Assembly (NCBI RefSeq): GCF_000143415.4
Contig: NW_003314356.1
Location: 186,001-250,000 of the forward strand
Reading direction: 5' to 3'
Length of the DNA: 64,000 bases
Origin: Selaginella moellendorffii
Taxonomy: Eukaryota > Plantae > Lycopodiophyta
Shown here: piece by piece, positions 49,240 to 61,135 of the stretch
Layout: every line of letters starts with the position of its first letter
Numbering within the stretch: the stretch's first letter is position 1
Translations under genes and position numbers: made by a program
The notes under the pieces: model-generated
The model's database searches: none
The model's input: the letters and a program-made list of their open reading frames with translations, nothing else
Told to the model about the DNA's origin: nothing

Positions 49240-50600
49240 AACCCCAAAGGTGGCCTCAAAGCCATAATGCCTTTTCTATTAGTCCAAGTGCTCCATGTGT
49301 TCAAATCCCACTTAAAATGCCCAAAAATGCCACTAATATCCCAATCTCTTATATATCTGTTCTCACCATTTTATTAGTAGCCCAAAACCACCCATAAGAT
49401 AAGACCATCCATTTCATGTGTGGTAACCCTATTACCATTTTTTAGCATCCTTAGAAAACCTAAAGATCTGGGGAACATTGTCCTCCAATATCTTTCCTTC
49501 AATCCCTATCAAGTCCCTCTCTATCTACAATAGTTCTCACCAATATTAATGGGTTTGAAGGCTCATCCATTAGGTTCTACTAACTTCTAGGACTTCCTCA
49601 CTATGTAATTATATACTAAGCAAGAGGACCATTCCTCTTCTTTTCTATAGTCAGGGATTTTGGGACAACATTTTGAAACATTACAACCCAAACCTTATGG
49701 GTATGTATGTTCCCCACCTTCTAGTAAGCAACTAAATTTTTTATTCTACTTTAGTCATTTAATCACACGTTTGACCATTGGAAGAGTCCCACTCACAACC
49801 TCTATAAATCTTATTCGAGAGTTGAGGACATGCTAGCCCGTAAATGGCATCTATGCCACTTAGCTTTTGCACTTGGTCCAAGTGCTTTATGCATTCAACC
49901 CTTAACACAAACACCCAAAACCATTGACAAACATTTATGTTATGCTAAAGCCATATTCATTTACCTTTGTCTTATTGTCCAAGACCACTTGTGCCATAGT
50001 TCTGTCTCTTAAAGATTGGGTCATCTATCCATGAGTGGTCATCCCAGGACCACACTTTAGCATCCTTAAGATGCCCGAAAACATAGGGAACACCCTTCCC
50101 AAATATCCTTTCTTCAATCCCCATTAAGTCCCACTCCAATCCTAGTAATGCTCACCAACACTGCCAATGAGTCAAGGCTTGAGGGCCCAACCATTAAATC
50201 CCACTAACCTTTAGGACTTCCTCACCACTTGACTATGCCTTTGGTCATTACATAAAAGGACTATTCCTTTTCCTTTCTATAGTTTAGGACTTTGGGATAA
50301 CATTTCAAAACACTATGACCCTACGTGAGCCTCGTGGGTACTCTCCCCACCTTTTGCCTCTGGGTGCCTTAGCCATGTGGCTATGAGGTTCTGATGAGCA
50401 GTGCCAAGTATCTAAGTAGGTAGTGCCACCTACACTTGGATTTCAAGCATCAACCATTCAATCTCCTGAGGGAGCTAGAGCTGACTTTTGAATGCTTCAC
50501 CAATGTTTGTATTCATTCTAGCCTTAAACTCCTCAATAGTTATACCCATGATGTGGGTGCAACCTTCCTAGGTCACACTGGCCTTTCTTGTCTAAATTGA
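49240..50600 (-). mobile_element. Two adjacent degenerate partial family-A-like LTR fragments (~49240-49720 and ~49724-50600)
   Basis: Reverse-complement similarity to the 3' half of the family-A LTR, e.g. gtaagcaactaaattttttattctactttagtc and gtaggtagtgccacc. Confidence 0.75.
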
Positions 50601-52261
50601 TTCCGGTCTAAATTCCTGACTTGGATGATTGGGCATGTAGTGGTTATATAGGCTGGTGATAGCATGCTAAACCTATCCCCTTTTTGTCTTTTTATATCCT
50701 TGGCCATAATAACATACACTCCACTTGCTCAACATTTACTCTTCTCTTCCATGCCTATCTTACTCACTGCCTTCTGGGGATCAAGGCTGTGAGATGTGCA
50801 TCAATCTCAGCATCAACATCTTTGCAACAACACATGGTTAAATATTTCTTTCCTTTTTATGTTTGGATCTAGTTTAAATTAGAGAGGATTCACAAGATTA
50901 TTGTAGAGGTGATTTTGTAGTTCTCCACTTTGGCGACCACGGTGGGATAGGCGAAGTGAAGAGCACCCAAAAAACAAAGACTGGAAGCCTTGGCCACAAC
51001 TAAAAGAAGAAGCCAAAGTCAAGAATCAAGGGAAAAGTCGAAAAGAGACAAAAAGAAGAAAAGAAGAAAAAATGACAAAAATCTACAGCAAGAAGTATAG
51101 CAATCATGCTAGAGACCAAGCGCTTGAAGACTATGATCATCTAGTGATCTCCCACTTCTCAAAAAGTCCAAGCATCTTCTATAACCACCTCTTGGTAAGA
51201 GGTTGAAGATGAAGAATATTCTTTGCATCAGAATATTTGAAGAATCTCCAACAAGAAATCAAAGCAAGCAAGTGCTAACAAGTATGAAAACATAAAGAAC
51301 ACTTGAAGATTGAAGCCACTCAAGTCGTGGAAAACTTGAAGTGTAAGCGTAATCGTTTTTAGCGGGAGGTTGAAGAAAACAAATATTTCAAGAATCTACG
51401 ACAAGGAAATGACCAAAGAAAAATTCTAGCTGCTGGAGATGGAGGAAGAATGAAAAAGCATGACTGCCCATTTGGAGACACAAACTGTATGAGATACAAG
51501 GATTGCCTTCTATGTGGTTTCAGAAATTATGCAAAACCATACAAGCAATGCTATCCAAAATGGCGATGTGACACCTACAAGAAAGCGAAAGCAAGACTCC
51601 GAATCAGGGATGAAAATGCCACAGCAGAAGAGAGAAAGAAATGAGAAGAAATAGCCCAAGAAGATGACACCAAAAAGAGTGACGATATTTTAGAAAAAGA
51701 AGAGAAATAAGGCTTCAGTTGCTTTCAAAAACTTCAAGAAACACTTTTGCGACTCTTTTACAAATTGTCTAGCAAATAGAAAGAATGCGAAAATGAGGAA
51801 ATATTGAAAGAAAAATATGTTTACTTTTGATTTCTTTACAACTTGAAGAACCCTGACTTGGGTGTATTGTGGACACATCTTTCAACAGACAATTATTGAA
51901 TTCCTAAGCATACATAAACATGAAACTTTTCAACCATTAATGCTCATTTTCAACATTGATTTGACAAGAGTTATAGCAGCAACAGAGTATGGAACCTTTG
52001 AACCACAAGTTCGTTGGTTTGTTGACACACTTAGATTTAGAGATTTTGAAGAGAATGCTAAATTACTTTACCAACTTCTTCAAAGTCCTTTTGGTGTAAC
52101 GCTACCAACAAACACTCTTAACGAACTATACATTATAGCATATTGGCATTGTTTAGGACGGACAAGAATAGCTGGAGAATTAAGAAATCAAGGACAAGGC
52201 AATCAACAAATTTGAATTGGTAATTTGAGTTCAAGAAACCGAGAGGAACCTAAACTTGAGT
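50600..52261 (+). mobile_element. 5' part of a Tat/Athila-like Gypsy element: LTR end, tRNA-Arg-type PBS, decayed leader/gag, cut by transposon copy 2
   Basis: ...TTCTCCA ctt TGGCGACCACGGTGGGA (50931-50947), consistent with the 3' end of plant tRNA-Arg(UCG), followed by A-rich broken ORFs. Confidence 0.6.
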
Positions 52262-52703
52262 AAGCTCTATTTCGTTAAAGTAAGAATTGTCATTATCCCA
52301 CTTGTAAAATAAGGTTTCCAAACCTTTATATAGTATATAAATATAACAAAATTCAACTGCATTGAGGCACATGCCATTTTATTTTAAACAAGGAAATGTC
52401 TACTCAATCACTTCTCCTCCCCCTGCCACTGCTTCACCTCTCTCTTCTCCTTGTCATCGTCGTCCAATTTCTTTCCATCCTTTTAATATTGGCTTAGTTG
52501 CTCCGAGTCTAGGTGGAGCCCAAGTCCCCATTCAATCTTTACTTTCCCCTTATTAATAAAACAACTTCGTAGACTTCCAATAACATGCTGTAACACTTCT
52601 AGTATAATGCAAATCCTCTCAAAGAATTGTATTTTAATATTAATACAATGGCATGGAACCCCATGCCATAATAAGTTACATTTTTAAATAAATACATGCC
52701 ATC

Positions 52704-55700
52704 TCAGACTGTTATTTTTTGCCTCCAACGCCTATACAATAATCTTGGAATTTCATCACTCTCCACACTATCAGGATTTAAACCCAATAGTAATGCCATC
52801 TCTTCTCTAATACGTCCACGCTCATGTTTAGTGGTCGAAGAACCCATCCGGTTGAGCAGATTATGGAGATGCGGATAGTGCTTGGCTAGACAATATACAT
52901 GCCATAAATGATGACTGATGTCTGTCCGATCAAATGGCTTCTGATATACCGTTCCATCTGCCATTTGGTTGATTTCTGCAGCCACCTCCTGGACTGGCCG
53001 GTTCTCTATCACCATCGCTCCAAGCCGTTTTGCAAGGTCCCCCAGAACATACGGTTTCTTCTCCCTAGTTTCCATACTGCAAGAGATGGGGTGCACTGCA
53101 TATGTGTGCGTGTTCGCTGCAGTTTTAATCGGCGAGTCATCGATGATGAGGATTTCACTTGACCTAGCAGTCCGGTTCATCACTACAGCCTCTGGCTTGA
53201 CGAAGATGGGCTTGCTACCCCTCACATGGACCATAGTCAAGCAATCCTCCTGCGTTAGGAGAAAGTCAAATGGTAATATTACTCGCGTCTGATCGTGCAT
53301 CATCTGTAGCAACGTTAATGCATTGTGGCGCATCATGGATGTCCAAACTCCCAATTGCAAATTGAACCCGGCCCTCTGTTTTAAGTGTCGCATGGTCATT
53401 ATTAGATCCCGCAGTTTCTCCCGTGTGATTAATGTGAATCTGTCTCTTTTGACCAACTTGCGACCGCAGGCTTTGGAGGGTGCAGTGACATTCGAGGACG
53501 AGCCACGCTCATGGGAGAAAAGGACACCGTTCAGATCAAAAACGATACAGTACCTTCGCTGTGACTCTAAAATGAAATGCGTCAGCATAAAAAATGGTAC
53601 AAGTCAATTTTACCATCTACAATATTAGCGAATGGTGCTCCCGATGGTCGTTGAGAGGGTTTTGGTCGAGGAAACGTGAAGGGCAGAAATACTCTCCTCT
53701 GCAATGTGGGGTCAATCGCATCCGATGGCGTGTGGGCACATGCCATTTCAGTTGTAGACTCTGGTACAACTGGCTCAACAGTGGCATGGGGTGGTTCCGA
53801 TGGCGTGTGATCACACGCCATTTCAGCTGATGCCTCTGTTGGCAAAGTGGACATGACTGAACAGGCAGCAAGGGCGGTGTAGGGAGGTTCCAACGGCACG
53901 TAGTCAGACAATTGGGCACACGTTGAGTCCGTTGGAAATGAGGATACGACCGGCTCGGCGGCTGGGGCGGCCTCATGCGGGTCCAATGGCGCCTGGTCAC
54001 CGTCAGTTGGATACGTGGACAAGATTGACTCAGTGGTATGGGGAGCATCAAGTGGAGCATGGTCAGCTTGCTTGGCATTGATATGGATAGTAGCCTCCAC
54101 CAGCTCTGATGACTCTTGCAGGCAAGTAGAGTCCACTGGCGGATCCATATGCATGTCCAAATATCTCCCTTCGATTGAGATGGTATCCTCCCTACTGGCT
54201 ACTAAAAACAAACTCATTAGCACATTGAATCGACTATACTGTATTTACCATCAACTGCTATTGAGGAACTAGGACCGATATCACTTGGGCGCACTGCTGA
54301 TTCTGAAGGATTGGACATACGTTTCGACCCTTGCTTGGCACTATCCTTCCTCGACACTAAAGGCTAGAGTTTGTATCTTAATTCAACTGAATAATCTCTA
54401 CTTACCATTTGCTTTGCGACCTACATGGACAATGTTAAAAATGGTAAAAGGTTAGGAATGGATGTACTATTATTTACCTGATGGTTTGTCTTGTATGACC
54501 TTCCTCCGCTGCTCTTTGGCCACCTCAGGCTGGCCATCGTCGTCATCATCGTCGTCGTCGTTATTGTGATTGTCACCATTGTGAGGACCATCCAAGTCCT
54601 CTTCGTCCTCCTCTTCTTCGTCCTCCTCTTCTTTGTCCTCCTCTTCGTCCTTCTGCTCTTCCTGCTCATTATCTTTTTCTGGCTCCTCATCCCCCTCTTG
54701 CATTTCTTCCATAGGCTGCTCAGGCTGGATGGCTTGTTCTTCCAGGACCATCTTGGGAAAATCATCTGGCCGAGTCTCCATCTCAAAATACAAGACATCC
54801 ATAGCCTATTTTAGTGCGTGACCTAGGACCGTATCCTCACCCGACTGTCTTAACATGGTTTCTGCACGTTCTTGCACCCTTCGAAGACGACGAGATGAGA
54901 AAAATGTGGCCCTGACTTGAAAAGCATCCCTCATCCATTGTACCTCTCCATTGAGATTGGGGAAGGGGAGTCCGCCATAGGAATCTGAGTCAGGAGGTGG
55001 TGACCGCGAGGCATTACCTATCATCTTTTCGTTGCCCTTCTTCCTTTTCGAATCAAACGCCTCTGATCCCAACGACTGTCCAACGTGCTTTCGCTTTTTA
55101 TGACCACTGTCAGTTTGAGCTTGGCTGGTGCTTGCCTGTTTTGCCTTTGAAGAAGTGTCTCCTACAAGGAATGGCATGAGACCACACGCCATTGCAAATA
55201 TAATTTGTACCTCCTTTTTTCCTATTGCTTGTCTGTTTGTCCTTCTTCGACGCGCCACCAGTGCGCTTTTCAGTCCTCATGTCTGAATATTCACATCGAT
55301 CTATAATCAAAATGGCGTGAGGCCTCACGTGACCTTACCTTGTGCAGGTTGTGAGCTCGGCCCAACATGGGTATCTTCAACAGTAGCTGTTAACGCCGTT
55401 TCAGCATCTGGGGGTGGCCACGCTCCTGCATACAGAGCTTGTGAGATAACATTTAAACTTAAAGTGCGTACTCACCAGGTTCGCAGAGAAGATACTGTTT
55501 TTCTTTGGCAACTGTAATTATATGCTTCATTGAAGTTACCTCTTCAATGGAGTTTGTCACCGCAACACACGGGACACCCTTGAATAGTGCGGCTCGAAAG
55601 AATAGTCCGCCGCAGTTGTACTTGACAACGCATTTGCCCTTGGAGTCGGAAGCAGGTGCTATTGCGTTGAAGACCCAGCTGAGCATTTCCCATGCTGCAC

Positions 55701-58281
55701 CTAGAGCTTTCTCTGGATTCGAAAGCTCCATAGCCGTCTTCAGTTCCTCAGGCACGGGTAAATTGACCTCCCTCAGATCAATTCGATCGGCCTTGTCGAA
55801 CGAAGCTGGGAAGTCACTCCAGTCCCACTCTGCTGCAGGACCAATAACAAGGGCGAGTGTGAAGATGCGGACATTCGTCGGTATCTTCTTCTTAGCCATT
55901 ATCCCATGGATCTCCCGCATCTCCTTGCCTTTCAACCGAGCCTTCACCTCGTTCAAGGCCTTCCAGAACTTGTGATAGGATTTGGAGTCGTAGATCATAT
56001 AGTGGACTGAAGATTCCACCTCCGCAAGTCCCACCCTTAAGTCAATGATGGAGCTGACTTCATCTGCATGAGTGATCTCCTCGTTTGTGAAGTCCATCAC
56101 ACAAAAGATGTTTTTGACCTGCTCATCTCCGCGGGAAACGATGCTCCTCCACCTTTGATCCTCATCCGAATTCATGTATACCCGGTAAGGTTCTCGATAG
56201 GCCTTTGCTGCGGGGTCGAGCTGTTTCTGAAGCCAGCGGTCGACATCCCTCTTAATGAAATTTGGATACTGATCCAACTTCTCAGCTTTACTTTTCGTGG
56301 CATCCCGCAGCAGATCGATGAACTTGGGGGCCCCCTTCACGTAGTCGTCGATGTCTTCATTTGACAACTCCAGCTCTTCCATGTCTTCATTTGACAACTC
56401 CAGCTCTTGCGTGGTGTCGATGCTCACCCTCTCCATGGCCACTTGCTCGAAGATCCAATCCTTCAATAGCGCACGAGCTCTCAGAGTCATGCACAAGTCC
56501 TCGTATGTGACAATATGGCCGGGAGTCATTTTGGTCTTGTTGAAGACTACCTCACCACGTAGAAGAGCATTAGCCACTGTCAGAAGGTCGTCGTCGTCTA
56601 GAGACCGCGAGAAACGCAAGACGTTGAGCTTCAAATCATTGGGCTTTCGGCCGTCCTCCACACCCATTGAGTTTAGCAACTCCCCGTCATGGTAACTCCT
56701 CAGCACATCTACCCATTTGTCAAAAACAACTTTTGTCGCGAGTAGAATGTTATGGATGCTGAGTGTGTCATTGACCCCCAGTGTTTTCGAGAGAAGACTC
56801 GAGAATTCCTGCAATGGAAATGGCGTGAGGCCACATGCTATGCCACATGCAACGAGGCTTACCTGCCAGGCGCTAGTTGCTAGTGCACGTCCTTGTCCTA
56901 GTTTTTGTGGCTTCTTCAGTTGAACCCAGAGCTTCCGTGTTCGTGCCAATGTCTCGTGCAGACTCGATTTGTAGCATGTTTCTTGCTTGACATTCTGCGC
57001 GTGGGAAATGGATATGATAGATCGGAGGGGCGAGTTGCCTTTTATCAGGCGGACAACTCTTGTCTTGAAGACTTTCTTCACCTCCTTGCCCACCATAATA
57101 TCCACAACTATCTCTTGCATCGCCAAGCTAGAATGCTGCCCGGAGACGGCATAGAACCAAATGTTCTGATCGTCCAACACCTTCCTATTAATCAAGTCTG
57201 GAAACCTCGTCTCGCCCTTCATTGTTCGGTAGTAGGGGATCACGTCTGCGATGTCGGGTGTTACTAGACTTGGTAGCATCTTCTGCTTCATTTTCTCCAC
57301 CCACTCATCAGGTACTAGCCTGTGGCTGTATTTGCTTTGGATGTCGATACGGCTCACGTCGATTGTATATACTTTGTTGGAATAGTAACAAGTACTATTA
57401 TCTGCGACGATTTTTGCTGCCTCTTCTTGCTCTTTCTGCTCTTTGCGGCTCTTCTTTTTGGTGGGTGTAGTGTTCGAACCCGAGGCAATGGCATCACCGA
57501 GTAGCTTCTTTTTTGGAGCAAGAGAGTCGGACGTCGGCTTGAGCTTGACCACCCTTTTCTACTCGGGGTAGTTTCCAGATCGACCCCTTTCCCCTTCGCT
57601 TCGCGAACTGGAGGCACTCTCAACGGCTCAATGTTGGAATATAGTTTTTGAACATCGCCGTAGGTGAGGTCCGTGGATTCCATGTGATCTTCATAGACCC
57701 GCAGCGTCTTTGAAATTGTGGGCCTCTTGGACAACCTCTCCCTAGCTCTCTCTAGGAATTCCTCATAGCCGCTGCCCCCTCCAGGAAGCCGCTAGGATGT
57801 GCAAGGTGGATCTTGAAGGCGGACGCTATCTCTACCACAAGTGCCAGTCCATATTCTTGCATGGAACTGCATGGAGTGTCTGTCACTTGGATGAGGATCC
57901 CCATGCATTCTTTTCTCCCACCATCTGTGTTGTACAGCCTCAGATCCTCGCCTTCCATCCCGAAAGTCCAACTGGTGAGCTCCTCCCCCTTCTCTGCATC
58001 CACATTGACAGTGGCTGGAAGAAGAACACAATTCCTTGCCTGTTCAGAAATGCACAACAATTAGAGCTGACAGATGAAAAGCTAGCAGCTGGAAATAACG
58101 TGAGGCCACACGCCATTCACCACTGCATCAGATGTCTTGAGGCTGCATCCTAAGATGGCGTGAGGCTACACGCCATCTGTAACCGGACTGCACTCGAGAG
58201 CCCAATCGGTGCATGCCAATGTTGCTACTGAATGGCATGTGGCCTCATGCCATTTTCTACTTGGCCTAAAAGACTTACCAT
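52704..58281 (-). pseudogene. ParB-like/MTase-like/FCP1-like accessory gene, copy 2
   Basis: Same exon structure; keeps FYAVSGQHS and IVFDLNGVL. Lesions: 1-bp deletions near 57775 and 57563, TAG at 54806. Confidence 0.8.
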
Positions 58282-61135
58282 TTGAAGCCGAATGGAGGCG
58301 TGACAATCAAGGCCGGACTCGCTGGCGAATGTGCACTGTGTGTGCAGCGGATCGTAGCAGCAAGGCTACTCTGCCACTTAACAGTTGGAGAGTGGCGCTG
58401 AAATCTCCCGAGACGCCAAGTGGGCTGCGTGTGGGTGGCGGAGTGGGCGGCGGAGTTGGCGGCGAAGTTACAAACTGGGTGTGTCTTGAAGTGGACGCCG
58501 ATGCACACGAGCGCGATGCGAGCGTGAGTGTGATGCTAGCGCGAGTGGACGCCAATGCACACGAGAAACCTGTAGAGAAGGTAGATGAGCGCGAATGTGA
58601 GCGTGATCGCGAGTGGGAGCGCGATGCGAGCGCGAGTACGAAGCAAAATGCAAAACCTAACCTCACACGCGCGAAATGTCACGACGGTTGGTAATCCCGC
58701 CACGTCATCATTCCTCGGACTTGGGCGCCACCATTAATTTCTGGATTGCCGCGCACATGCAAGCACGCAAAATCCAAAAGAAATCCGCAACGTCATCATT
58801 CCTCGGACTGCATGCACGCGAAATCCAAAAGAAAGATCATGATTGGGATATCATTTAATACCCTCGCTATATTTATACAATGCATGATTGGATATTCCAA
58901 AGCATCTTGTATTTCCAAAAATGGCAGATGTTCAGCTAAATAAAGAAATTCTATCTGTTTCTATTTTTATCTCAAATGTATATTATAGCGTGTGGGCTCA
59001 TGCAATTTTGAACCAAAGAAACCCAAAAAACGTTGGACCCAAAATATTTTGAAAAAACCCAAAAAACCCTAAACATTTTAAACCCAAAAATCCAGGCCTC
59101 CTGTGGCGTTATTCCTTGAATGGCGTGTGGGCACATGCCATTTTCAGGGCCAAATGCTGAATGGAGAAAAATTTCCTTTCAGTGCAAATGCTGCAAGAGG
59201 CAGATGCCGAGCACAAAGGACTGTAACTACCTCACATGACACAGATAAACTTTTCTCTATTTGGCAAAGATAAACTTTATAGCGTGTGGGCTCATGCAAT
59301 TTTGAACCCAAAAAATGCACCAAAAAATTCTCGGCATCATCTGGCGTTATCTCTTGAATGGCGTGGGGCCGCATGCCATTTTCAGGGGCACATAGGAGTA
59401 TATTCTTAGGATATTCTGACACGCGCGAGATTTTTTTGAGTTTTCTAGAGATCCAACCGTTAGATCACAACTAGATTTTACAGAATGGTATACAATGTTT
59501 TTTTCTTGATGACCTTGCAAAGAAGCATCTCAATCGGACACCACATGAGACCACACGAGCTTTACAATGTTTCAGGGGCATTTGCCATATATCCGACCGT
59601 TATTTTGCTCCAAGATTTTACAGTTTGGTGTGCATTGACCTTTCCATTGACACTGAAAAGGGACATCACAATCAGATGCGGGATCACAAGAAACTAACTT
59701 CACTAACTCTGGTTTCACCAAGATCTACGTAAGGAGTTATGAAATGAAAGGACCCTCTCTATTGAAATGTGTTTATGGTCCTAGGGGCATTGTGACATAT
59801 CAAAGGATTTTGCATCAAGTTCTGTATTTGCATGTTTATCAAGCTACTGAATTGCTAAACCCTAAACCCTAAACCTAAACATGTGGCAAATGCTGCGTGA
59901 AGAAAGATGCCCTTTCTGGGTAAATGCTGTAAGAGGCAGATGCCGAGCAGATGTATCTCAGGCTAGCGAAGGGGACAAACAAAAGCTAGCTATAAACATG
60001 ACGGGATGCAAATAGATTACTAGGCTGGTCCTGCGAAAATCAAAAACCATAATTGAAAACATTGAAAATGCAAAAAGAAAGGTTTATAATATTTTTGACT
60101 TTTAAGCAACCAAAGTAGGGCACATGTTTGTAAGTTTAAAAATGCCTCAACCACTTAAATTCCCAAGTAAATAAAGTTGTTTTTATTTTTGGTACAGGTA
60201 AACTTTATAGCGTGTGGGCTCATGCAATTTTGAACCCAAAAATGCACCAAAAAATGCTCGACTAGCATTATTCTTTCAATGGCATGTGGCCTTATATTGC
60301 CATAAATGGACGTACACACACAGCATAATTATTCCTTTACACGGCGAATAATCTTGGCACGGATCGCTGACATGGCATGGCAAAGTTCGAATCACTGACA
60401 TGGCACAACTGGATCGAGGCAAGGACATGATGTGACAAAGTTCAACCTCCGACAGCAAAGTCTAGAAGCTATTCAGTTTGAAATTTGTCAGAGGAGTCAT
60501 AAGATCTGGTTTGTCAAAGGATTTGATGTGATGTTCAAGTGTGTGTTATTTTTGAATTCTCGAACTCATTCCTAGGTCTATCATTTTTGTGCGCCGTGTT
60601 CTTGGTTCCGCTGAGCGCAGTGAGCACTGCTTGTGTAAGCGGCGTTGTGAGCTGTGGTTTATGCGTCTACGAGCGGTTGCGGCATTGCGAGCGCCATTGC
60701 GAGCGGCAGTTTATGCGAGTGGCAGTTTGTGCGAGCGGCGCTACGAGCAGTTGCGGTGTTGCGAGCGGCACTGTCTTTGGTGTGGCTACCGCTTCCTCTT
60801 GATATTCGGCACTTGTGCTTCCTGGTATATTCACCATGGAATGGCTTAGGACCACATTTAGAAATGGCATGAGGCCACATGCCATCTTGGGCCCTTGCAA
60901 TTTCATGGCTAGCGTATTGTCATGTATGTTTTTACTTGCTTGCAGCTGTGTGTATATCAAGATGGCATGAGGCCTCATGCCAATTTTGTGAATGCGAAAT
61001 TTCACGTGGGTGTCAATAGCATGTTTGAATAATGGCATGTGGCCTCATGCTATTGAGGTTGTTTGGTATGTTATGATTTAGGCCATTCTCCAATCATTTT
61101 TTGTATGGTCTTAACTTCTTTTCTGCACTTTCAGA

